Shown here: in pieces, positions 48,664 through 56,337 of the stretch | Numbering within the stretch: the first letter of the stretch is position 1 | How the letters are laid out: every line of letters starts with the position of its first letter | Assembly: GCA_018829185.1 (NCBI GenBank) | Contig: JAHJUI010000001.1 | Span: forward strand, 1 to 56,337 | Length of the DNA: 56,337 nucleotides | Direction of reading: 5' to 3' | Origin: Nanobdellota archaeon | GTDB taxonomy: Archaea; Nanobdellota; Nanobdellia; SCGC-AAA011-G17; PNOQ01 | Translations under genes and position numbers: made by a program | The notes under the pieces: generated by a model | Database searches by the model: none | What the model was told of the DNA's origin: nothing | What the model saw: only the letters and a program-made list of their open reading frames with translations

Positions 48664-50512
48664 ATTCATAAATCAAATCAACATTATCAACAATCTTACA
48701 ATTAAATCCTTCTGGAAAATATTTCAAATAATGGCTCCAAGCATATCTTTGATCTAAAAACACAACAACGCCCATATCAGTTTCACTTCTAATACAACGG
48801 CCGGCATTTTGAAAGGTTTTAATAAAAGCAGGAAAGAAATAACCATAATCCATACCCTTTGCAAATTTGATATCATAATATCTAATTAGTTGTTCTGTTT
48901 CTAAATCTGGTTTACCTAGAGGCAATCCAACAACAATTACCCCCTTTAATAAATTACCAGGAAGATCAATTCCTTCTCCAAAACTGCCTCCAGAAACGCC
49001 CAAAAGAATAGCCCCTTCTTCTTTAAAAGATTTAAATTTTTCAATTAATTTTTCCCTATCATTTTTATTTAATTCAGGCAATTCATTTATAATATTCCGT
49101 TTAGTCAAACCATGCAAAAAAACAAAAATATCATCCCTTAATTTATAACTGGGGAAAAAAACAGCAACATTCCCATTTATTGCCTCAACTACTTTATTAA
49201 TATTTTCAGCAATTTCTTTATACATTTTTTCACTTCTCATAGTAAACTTAGTAGAAGTTTTAGGAACAATCAAATTCAATCTGTTTTCGCTAGGAAATGG
49301 ATTTTCATAATCAACTTTTATCACATCATCAAATCCCAATAAATCATCATACATATCAATTGGCCAAAGAGTGCCAGACATGCAAATAACTGAATGAGCA
49401 TTCTCTATAATTGGTTTTGTTAAAAAACTTGGATCTAAACATCTATAACCTAACGAAGTAAAAGGTTTGTTATTCTTTGAAAAACCTCTAGTTAAAATCC
49501 TTGCAAAACCTTCATCAGGACCAGTCCAAGCTTCTAAGAAGTGAGCTACACCTCCAATATAACTCCTTTTTTTCTCTTCCCTCACAGCATCTGCAATAGA
49601 TTTAAACTCAACAATTAATTTTTCATAAGCATCAATTCTTTCAACTTCATCAAAAAATTCTTGTCTTTCTATTAACCCCTCATTTTTCTGTAAAGGAATA
49701 TTTTTACTAAAATTTAAAATAATTTCTTTAATTTCTTTAAAAATTGGTTCTAACTCTTGATTAAATTGTCTAGCTTCATTTATTGCCCCATCTAAATTAA
49801 AAGTACTTAAATTATTTGTAAGTAAATCTCTACATTTACTTGGCAGATTATGTGCCTCATCAAAAATAATAATACTTTGACTTAATTCTTTATTCATTTT
49901 TTTAAACAAACTGTCTCTGATACTAGGAGAAAGCATATGATAATAATCCCCAATAATCACATTAGCTTTTTTACCAATTTCAGTACTTATTTCGTAAGAG
50001 CAAAACTTTTTATCTTCACAAGCTTCACAAACCTCTTGAACATGCCTTGGTTTTTCTTTTAATTCATCTAATAACAATTGTTTTTGAAGTATTTTGCTTC
50101 CATTTTGAATATTTTGATAGAACTCACAAATTTCTTTATCTTTTACTTCTTTACAATATTCTGCAAACTCATGACTGCCCAATAAATCAGTTCCAGAAAC
50201 AGGACACATCCACTTCTTTCCAATAAAATCAACAGCTTTAAAATCAATTTTATATTTATCTTTAATTTCCTTTAAAGTTTCAACAGCAATATGGTGCTGA
50301 GTATGTCTGGGAGTTAAGAAAAAAACAGTTTTATTATTTTTAATAGCATATTTTAAAGTTGGACCCAAAACACCAGCAGTTTTTCCAACTCCTGTTGGGA
50401 CATGTGCAAGTACGTGTTTCTTATATTTCACTGCTTTATCAACTATCTTAATAAAGTTATCTTGTGCGTTCCTTATATTTTCATAAGGGAAAAGAAAATC
50501 CTCTTTATTCAT
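48647..50512 (-). CDS. xpd: XPD/Rad3/DinG family Fe-S DNA helicase
   Basis: PTGVGKT, four Cys, DEAHNL, SGTL, EGIDL, QNAGRCIR. Confidence 0.93.
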   Translation of the reverse strand: MNKEDFLFPYENIRNAQDNFIKIVDKAVKYKKHVLAHVPTGVGKTAGVLGPTLKYAIKNNKTVFFLTPRHTQHHIAVETLKEIKDKYKIDFKAVDFIGKKWMCPVSGTDLLGSHEFAEYCKEVKDKEICEFYQNIQNGSKILQKQLLLDELKEKPRHVQEVCEACEDKKFCSYEISTEIGKKANVIIGDYYHMLSPSIRDSLFKKMNKELSQSIIIFDEAHNLPSKCRDLLTNNLSTFNLDGAINEARQFNQELEPIFKEIKEIILNFSKNIPLQKNEGLIERQEFFDEVERIDAYEKLIVEFKSIADAVREEKKRSYIGGVAHFLEAWTGPDEGFARILTRGFSKNNKPFTSLGYRCLDPSFLTKPIIENAHSVICMSGTLWPIDMYDDLLGFDDVIKVDYENPFPSENRLNLIVPKTSTKFTMRSEKMYKEIAENINKVVEAINGNVAVFFPSYKLRDDIFVFLHGLTKRNIINELPELNKNDREKLIEKFKSFKEEGAILLGVSGGSFGEGIDLPGNLLKGVIVVGLPLGKPDLETEQLIRYYDIKFAKGMDYGYFFPAFIKTFQNAGRCIRSETDMGVVVFLDQRYAWSHYLKYFPEGFNCKIVDNVDLIYEFMKNN

Positions 50513-50558
50513 ATGATTTAGAATTCTAGTTAGTTTATAAAGTTAATTAGTGTGTTTG

Positions 50559-51314
50559 TCATAATGATAGTATAATAGTTAACAAACCTAAACCCCAACA
50601 ATACCAAGCAAAGTAATGAAATTTCTTATTAATAACTAACTTCATCAACAATTTCAATGAAATATAACCAAATACAAAAGAAAATATAAAACCAATTAAT
50701 AAATCTAAATTAAAAACAACATTAGAACTTTCAAGTAAAGTAGCACCTAAAATAGCTGGAATAACAAGTAAGAATGAAAATTTAAACACTTTAACTTTAT
50801 CAACACCTTTTAACAAACCCATACTAATTGTTGCACCACTTCTAGAAATTCCAGGAATAATAGCTAAACCTTGCATCAATCCAATCCAAATACTATCCCA
50901 ATAACTTAGTTTCTTATTGCTCTCTCTTCTCTCAGAGAAAAAAAGCAAAGTTCCTGTAACTAACAAAGCAATTCCAACAACAGTTAAATTAGAAAAGAAA
51001 CTTGCAAATAAATCTCTAAAGGTAAATCCAATAGCTGCAGTAATAATTGAACCAATTATAATAAACAAAGATAGTTTTCCATACTCGGATTTAAAATCAA
51101 AAGTAAAAAATGCTTTAATAACTTTTACAATATCTTTCCAGAATACAATAAAGATAACTAAAAGAGTTGCAAAATGCAAAAACACATTAAATGAAACATC
51201 TGGGTTCAAACCAAACCAATTCTCAATAATTGCCAAATGTCCACTAGAAGAAACCGGCAACCATTCTGTAATGCCTTGTATTGCTCCAAGTATTGCACTT
51301 TGTAATAAAGTCAT
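50559..51314 (-). CDS. uppP: Undecaprenyl-diphosphate phosphatase
   Basis: QGITEWLPVSSSGHL and PGISRSGATI; start at ATG 51314. Confidence 0.95.
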   Translation of the reverse strand: MTLLQSAILGAIQGITEWLPVSSSGHLAIIENWFGLNPDVSFNVFLHFATLLVIFIVFWKDIVKVIKAFFTFDFKSEYGKLSLFIIIGSIITAAIGFTFRDLFASFFSNLTVVGIALLVTGTLLFFSERRESNKKLSYWDSIWIGLMQGLAIIPGISRSGATISMGLLKGVDKVKVFKFSFLLVIPAILGATLLESSNVVFNLDLLIGFIFSFVFGYISLKLLMKLVINKKFHYFAWYCWGLGLLTIILSL

Positions 51315-51432
51315 AGTCAAATTTAGAATTCTGTGTTTTAAAAAAGTTGTGGAAAAGCAGGAATAACATCACTATGACAACAATGACAACCACGCAAGAA
51401 TGATTTATAAATGAAAACTTGTTATTTATTGT

Positions 51433-52332
51433 ATGGATAAACAAATAATAAATGACTTTGTAGATTATACATCAACAAAACAAATAGCAAGGAAATATAA
51501 TTTAGATTTAAAATATATAAGGACGTTATTGATAAATCAACTAGGGAAAGAAAAGTATCTTAAAATTGCCCATACAATAGGGGCAAAAACTGTTTCTAAA
51601 AAATTGAAAGATCCCTCTTACAGAAAAAATTATTCTGAAAAAATGAGCAATTCTGTTTCAAAATCAATAAAACAAAAAATGAAAAATAAAAATTTTAAAG
51701 AAAAGTGGCTTAAGAAATCTAATGAAGCTTCTAAAAAAGGACTTTCTAAAATTAACTTTCTTTTAGAAACAAATGAAGAGTTTAGAAAAAATTGGGTTAA
51801 GAATTGTTCAAAAGGTGGAAATAAAACTTACAAACTTAAAAAAGGAGCATTTGATATAAATAATTTAGAAGCCAGAAAAGAAGGTTCATTAAGAGGTTTA
51901 CAAAACACTTGTAGAAACAAAATAGGCCCTAAAAATGAAAAAATGTATAATCATTTTGAAAAAAGCATAGCTAATTTAATATTAAAATCTGGATATAATT
52001 ATGAATATGAAATAATCTTCAAAGATAAAAATCCAAATGGATTCATAAGCTGTGATTTTAAGCTAATTGGAATAAAAAATGAAATATTGATTGAAGTAAC
52101 TTGCTGGGACAAATTCAAAGAAAAAGCAATTAGCCTAAACAAAAAATTTATTATTTTGAAAAAACAATTAAAAAACTTTGAATATATAGTGGTAGCGCCC
52201 ACTAAAAGATTTAGCGAACGTTATTCTGAATTTTTAAATCCAGAGATTAATTGCTTAAGTTATTATGAATTTAAGAATAGATTGAATATGATAGCGGGAG
52301 TCAGATTTGAACTGACGACCTCTGGGTTATGA
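51433..52332 (+). CDS. Putative PD-(D/E)xK (Vsr/DUF559-like) endonuclease with basic helical N-terminus
   Basis: FEKSIANLI...YEYE...SCDFKL...LIEV core; last 13 codons run antisense through tRNA-iMet. Confidence 0.7.
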   Translation: MDKQIINDFVDYTSTKQIARKYNLDLKYIRTLLINQLGKEKYLKIAHTIGAKTVSKKLKDPSYRKNYSEKMSNSVSKSIKQKMKNKNFKEKWLKKSNEASKKGLSKINFLLETNEEFRKNWVKNCSKGGNKTYKLKKGAFDINNLEARKEGSLRGLQNTCRNKIGPKNEKMYNHFEKSIANLILKSGYNYEYEIIFKDKNPNGFISCDFKLIGIKNEILIEVTCWDKFKEKAISLNKKFIILKKQLKNFEYIVVAPTKRFSERYSEFLNPEINCLSYYEFKNRLNMIAGVRFELTTSGL

Positions 52333-52397
52333 GCCCAACGGGCACTCCTAGTTGGACATTTAGCTCAATGAAGGGCTAAATTCTGCCCCATCCCGCT
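52292..52397 (-). tRNA. Initiator tRNA-Met(CAT) with 31-nt D-loop intron at 15/16 (52352-52382)
   Basis: A1-U72 AGCGGGA/TCCCGCT; three G-C pairs closing CT-CAT-AA; BHB GGGC-AG^A-ATTTAGC...GCTAAAT-GTCC-AA^C. Confidence 0.93.
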
Positions 52398-52484
52398 ACA
52401 ATTATGAAAAATTAGTCCTTTTTAAAGCTTTTTAAATCAAAAACTTTTTATACTTAAATTATTAAAAAATAGGGAGGTGATACA

Positions 52485-52649
52485 ATGGCAAAAAAAGGAA
52501 AATTCCCAACATTTGCATGGATAGTTTTAGTGTTAGGTATCTTGTGGTTATTAGGAGAATTAGGGATATTTGCAGCAAGCGTACCATGGTTACCAATAAT
52601 TTTAATAATAGTTGCAATTGGTTGGCTTGTAGATCGCTATAAAAAATAA
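52485..52649 (+). CDS. 54-aa two-TM protein (not in ORF track)
   Basis: GGAGGTGA RBS; MAKKGKFPTFAWIVLVLGILWLLGELGIFAASVPWLPIILIIVAIGWLVDRYKK*. Confidence 0.8.
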   Translation: MAKKGKFPTFAWIVLVLGILWLLGELGIFAASVPWLPIILIIVAIGWLVDRYKK

Positions 52650-52722
52650 TTTTTTCTTCTTTTTTATTATTTTAAAGAACATTAGAAACCTTTAAAAACA
52701 AAAATCATGCCTATTTTTTCAT

Positions 52723-52806
52723 GCCGAGATCGCATAATCTGGTATTGCGCAGGATTGCTAATCCTGTTTCCTTATGGATATCTGGGTTCAAATCCCAGTC
52801 TCGGCG
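52723..52806 (+). tRNA. tRNA-Ser(GCT)
   Basis: GCCGAGA/TCTCGGC, CAGGA-TTGCTAA-TCCTG, long variable arm, G73. Confidence 0.96.
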
Positions 52807-52852
52807 TTTAACAACTTTTATAAACAATTTCTAATTCTATTTTATTACCAAA

Positions 52853-53314
52853 ATGAAAGAATATGTTAAATCAATATTAGCAACAGTTTTAGTTCTAGCA
52901 GGTTTAACAGTAGCCATTAAGGGATCAAATTTTGCATATTCAGCACTTGTGGACAGAAGGGTTTCTAAAACAAGAACAGGGATGATTATGAATGCCCTTA
53001 GAGAAACAATGGGCACAGAAAACAATACATTAAGTTTAGAAAACGTTGTAGTTAATTATGGGAGCGGGTGGACAGGAAAATTTTATGCGGATCTAGAAGT
53101 TCAGTTTGTAGATTATCCACCATCAAGAAATTCAGAGAAGGATTATATCAGAATAACTGCCGATGTAAGAGGGAGCGAAAAAGAATATATTTACAAGGCA
53201 GAAGTAACTCCTTTGGGAGACATTAGGATAACAAATCCCGAAGCACCACCCCACATTGACCTTTCTAGATCACTTGAGAAAGCATTAGGAATAGAACAAG
53301 TAACTTCTTGGTAA
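52853..53314 (+). CDS. Hypothetical membrane-anchored protein
   Basis: 153 aa with N-terminal hydrophobic helix. Confidence 0.65.
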   Translation: MKEYVKSILATVLVLAGLTVAIKGSNFAYSALVDRRVSKTRTGMIMNALRETMGTENNTLSLENVVVNYGSGWTGKFYADLEVQFVDYPPSRNSEKDYIRITADVRGSEKEYIYKAEVTPLGDIRITNPEAPPHIDLSRSLEKALGIEQVTSW

Positions 53315-53428
53315 ACATTTAAAAATAAAAATCATGCCTATTTCTTTGTGTAAAAATCATTTAATCTGGTGTAGAATAGGATTGTTAGTGCCCCAGTATA
53401 TATAGATTAAAATCCAGTTCTCGGCGTT
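53313..53428 (+). pseudogene. Decayed duplicate of tRNA-Ser(GCT) with its promoter
   Basis: Shares TTTAAAAA.AAAAATCATGCCTATTT, TAATCTGGT, AGGATTG and TCTCGGCGTT with 52686-52808; stems broken. Confidence 0.85.
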
Positions 53429-53429
53429 C

Positions 53430-54005
53430 TTAATCCACAAAGATAAATTCATTAGGATAACCCTTCTTTAGAACCCCATTTTCCATATTTAAGAGGGGAA
53501 TATAATTATGTAACAATCTTAATTGTGTTGTTAATCTAAATGAAAAACTTTCAATGATGCAATTTTTTCCAAACCATAATTCTAGCATTGGGACTATTTT
53601 TCCGTTAAATATTTCCATTGTTTCTTTCCCTTGGCCACCGTCCATTATAAAAGACCAAATTAGTTGACCGTCCCTTTCCCCAAGAAAGCTCTCATAAAAA
53701 TATTCAGTATTTTTTGTTTTAGTTTTCATTTCCTTTTTAAATTCTTCAATAAAAGTTTTTTTTGTAATACCAATTTTAAACTTAACAATATAAAGCTGCC
53801 TTGCAGGCAAACTAGAAGTGCCATATCTTGAAGTGTCAAGATAAGCAAAATAATTTAGTAAACCTTCTTGTTCTAGCTGTTTCCTCTTCCTATTTACAGT
53901 CATAACAGCTATTTTTGTTGCTTTTGCTATCTTGTTATCAGATACTCTAGGATTTTTTACCAATTCCTTTACGATTTTGACTTCTTTTTCGTCTAATTTT
54001 CTCAT
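53430..54005 (-). CDS. Lrp/AsnC-type HTH transcriptional regulator
   Basis: LDEKEVKIVKELVKNPRVSDNKIA...TVNRKRKQLEQEGLL; start at ATG 54005. Confidence 0.8.
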   Translation of the reverse strand: MRKLDEKEVKIVKELVKNPRVSDNKIAKATKIAVMTVNRKRKQLEQEGLLNYFAYLDTSRYGTSSLPARQLYIVKFKIGITKKTFIEEFKKEMKTKTKNTEYFYESFLGERDGQLIWSFIMDGGQGKETMEIFNGKIVPMLELWFGKNCIIESFSFRLTTQLRLLHNYIPLLNMENGVLKKGYPNEFIFVD

Positions 54006-54112
54006 TTTATTGATTTTTTTAGTTCTTTTATAACATTTTATAGGCATAACTTATATAAATAACTTTCGATACTAATAATTATGGTATATTAACTACCATA
54101 TGGAGGTTAAAG

Positions 54113-54328
54113 ATGAACACAATTACAATATCTGGAAAAGGAGAATATGGTTCAATACTTTTTGCTAAAGGAGAAGGCAGAGAAATTTATTACGGATCAA
54201 GGGGTAATGGCCTTGAAGATTTAACACCTGACGATTTTTCAAGAGTTTCAATGGATGATTTAGATGTAAGGAAGATTGGAGACACTTTTTACGAATTTTT
54301 TCCAACAGAAAATCAAGGGAGCACTTAA
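54113..54328 (+). CDS. Hypothetical protein
   Basis: GGAGGT RBS; first gene of a tight three-gene unit. Confidence 0.65.
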   Translation: MNTITISGKGEYGSILFAKGEGREIYYGSRGNGLEDLTPDDFSRVSMDDLDVRKIGDTFYEFFPTENQGST

Positions 54329-54329
54329 A

Positions 54330-54965
54330 ATGGATTTAAGCGAAATAATGGAAATAGTTGGTACAGAAGTTAATGCTAGGGAGTTTTTAGAAAAAGCTCT
54401 TAAAGCAACTGAAGGAAGCACAGGGGTTCAAAGATTAGTTTATGGACTTTATCTTGCAGCTTCAACAGACCCTTTAACTAAAGTTCCTAACAGGAGACAT
54501 TTTAATGAAAGGCTTGAAGATGAAAGAAGGTTAAGCTATCAGAATGGACTGGGGGTTATATTATTTGACATAGATAATTTCCATGAGTATAACAGAAAAA
54601 ATGGAGAATCTCAAGGAGATATTGCTTTATCAACTGTTGCAAGAATTATCGCAGAGCAAACAAGGTTTGAAGATGTTATTAGATATGGTGGAGAAGAAAT
54701 TTTAGTTCTGTGCCCTGGGGCGGGTTTAGATGAAACTAAAACTGTTGCTGAAAGAATAAGGGAAAGTGTAGAATCTCAACAAATACCTTTTGCATATTTT
54801 GACAAGGATATTTTTCCTTTAGATCCCGGCTATGAACATGTCACAGTTACAGCAGCAGTTTCTACATTAAATAGGGGAGAAAGCGATATAGTTAAAGCAA
54901 TTATAAAAGCAGACAAAAAATTAGGGGAAGGAAAAGAAATAGGGAGGAATAAAGTTTATAGTTAA
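54330..54965 (+). CDS. GGDEF-domain (diguanylate cyclase-like) protein
   Basis: DPLTKVPNRR, FDIDNF, NxxxGxxxGD, RYGGEEI, GRNKV; start at ATG 54330. Confidence 0.92.
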   Translation: MDLSEIMEIVGTEVNAREFLEKALKATEGSTGVQRLVYGLYLAASTDPLTKVPNRRHFNERLEDERRLSYQNGLGVILFDIDNFHEYNRKNGESQGDIALSTVARIIAEQTRFEDVIRYGGEEILVLCPGAGLDETKTVAERIRESVESQQIPFAYFDKDIFPLDPGYEHVTVTAAVSTLNRGESDIVKAIIKADKKLGEGKEIGRNKVYS

Positions 54966-54966
54966 A

Positions 54967-55407
54967 ATGAAAAAAATAGATTTAACCAAATTCGAAACAG
55001 TTTTATACTGTCCTAGCAGAGAAGATGGTTCAGAGACCGTTATAGTAGACAACGGGGTGGATGAAGTAGAAGAATGTAGCAGGAAGGGGTTGGATATCAA
55101 ATTAAGCGAACTTGAGTTACAAAAGTTTGTTATTAAAAGGAGATTTGGGCTTATACCAGAAATCTATATTCTAAAACCAAAAAGAGGACTAGCAAAATCC
55201 AATGGAAGCCAGGTTAGAATAGGAAAAAAATCTTACCCAAGAGTTTTTTATTCTCCATTTTATGATTCTTTATTCGATGAATCTTTTACCAAGCTTGGCA
55301 GTTTAAGGTATTTGGAAACTGATGGAATCAGAGTAAGAGAAGTAAGGGACGATATGAGAAAACTTAACTTCAAGAAAGGAAGATTATATGAAATAACTGC
55401 AGCCTAA
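54967..55407 (+). CDS. Hypothetical protein
   Basis: 146 aa, starts 1 nt after the GGDEF stop. Confidence 0.65.
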   Translation: MKKIDLTKFETVLYCPSREDGSETVIVDNGVDEVEECSRKGLDIKLSELELQKFVIKRRFGLIPEIYILKPKRGLAKSNGSQVRIGKKSYPRVFYSPFYDSLFDESFTKLGSLRYLETDGIRVREVRDDMRKLNFKKGRLYEITAA

Positions 55408-56168
55408 TTTTTTATTTCTTTTGTTCTTTTTATTTCTAAATCAAAACTTTCAACTAATTTTTTAATCTTTTCTTTCTCAGTTCCTAACCCTTTCCAATCT
55501 AAAATAACTAAATCAGCTTTTTTAGAATTTCTTTCAATCATTTGCTTTAACATTTCTTCATCTAAGTCTTTTAAATTATATTTAGCACAAACATGACCGA
55601 TTGCAATACTTCCATCTAAAATTATTTTCTTAAAATTTGGAGTATGATGTAAACCTCCAATTCCAATGGCAGTTCTAAATTCTTCCCCTTTCCAATTCAA
55701 TAAAACTCCGATAACTTCTGCAATTACTTTTCCGGCTTCTTTATTTAACCAAGCATCTTCATTACTGCCTATTTCAATAAACATGCAAGGTTTTTCTAAA
55801 TAAGGGCCATGATGAGTCACTTCTTGCACAACTTCAAAACCTCCTAATTTCCTTTTCTCAAGTTCAATCAAAGCTTTTTTCAAATACCCCGCAGGGGCAA
55901 CACATAATTCCCTGTCCCTGCCACCAAGTTCAGCTTTTCCAAAATTTCCAGGAGCATGAACACTTAAAGAATTAACTTTAGCTTGACTTTCGTGCTTTGT
56001 AGCAAAAATAAACATATCAGCATTAATTTCCTTATCAATATTTTCACAATTATAACTTTTCTCATCTCTTAAAACATATTCAATTCTTTTCTCATCTAAA
56101 CAAGAAGCAATATTCATTCCTGCTTTATCTTGTTTTGAAATAATCACAACAATTTCCATAGAATTCAT
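55404..56168 (-). CDS. dtdA: Archaeal D-aminoacyl-tRNA deacylase (DTD2)
   Basis: TKHES, SVHAPGN, EVTHHGP, FIEIGS, GIGGLHH. Confidence 0.93.
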   Translation of the reverse strand: MNSMEIVVIISKQDKAGMNIASCLDEKRIEYVLRDEKSYNCENIDKEINADMFIFATKHESQAKVNSLSVHAPGNFGKAELGGRDRELCVAPAGYLKKALIELEKRKLGGFEVVQEVTHHGPYLEKPCMFIEIGSNEDAWLNKEAGKVIAEVIGVLLNWKGEEFRTAIGIGGLHHTPNFKKIILDGSIAIGHVCAKYNLKDLDEEMLKQMIERNSKKADLVILDWKGLGTEKEKIKKLVESFDLEIKRTKEIKN

Positions 56169-56186
56169 TAAAACAAAACTCTTTAT

Positions 56187-56337
56187 TTATCTTTCGAAAC
56201 AAGCTCTGGTGCAACCCTTAAAAAAGTAATTAAAAATTAATTGCTTTCTATCTAAATTGTAAGCAATTAATTTGCTTATCAATTCCACTTTTTGGGTTGC
56301 AAAAGTTTTGTTTCTCAAAACAGAGCCATATTTTCTT
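56187..56337 (-). mobile_element. 3' end of a second IS5-like transposase and probable IS end
   Basis: RKYGSVLRNKTFATQKVELISKLIAYNLDR...; candidate IR GCTCTGGTGCAACCC at 56203-56217; truncated by the window edge. Confidence 0.7.

Overview
AT-rich archaeal contig, most likely DPANN (Woesearchaeota/Nanoarchaeota-like), inferred from gatD, ABCE1, archaeal DTD2, XPD, class III prepilins, BHB tRNA introns and TATA-type promoters. Both window ends are C-terminal fragments of IS-type DDE transposases. It holds housekeeping genes (ftsZ, gatD, ABCE1, XPD, uppP, dtdA), large acidic or Cys-rich surface proteins, a glycosylation cluster, a type IV pilus operon, and an accessory island (17.5-22.9 kb) with AbiE, Fic and repeat-delimited single-gene cassettes. 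The most striking signals are at tRNA loci. (1) A cassette of promoter + intron-containing tRNA-Thr(CGT) + double-motif LAGLIDADG endonuclease sits between what look like the broken 5' and 3' ends of another tRNA-Thr(CGT), suggesting a homing element that destroys a host tRNA and supplies a resistant replacement. (2) A tRNA-Leu(TAA) appears to carry four BHB introns. (3) An initiator tRNA-Met with a D-loop intron is overlapped by a PD-(D/E)xK nuclease gene. (4) A tRNA-Ser has a decayed duplicate, with an ORFan between the copies. A GGDEF protein and a TAG-split histidine kinase are unusual for an archaeon. All calls come from manual motif reading; no database searches were run.
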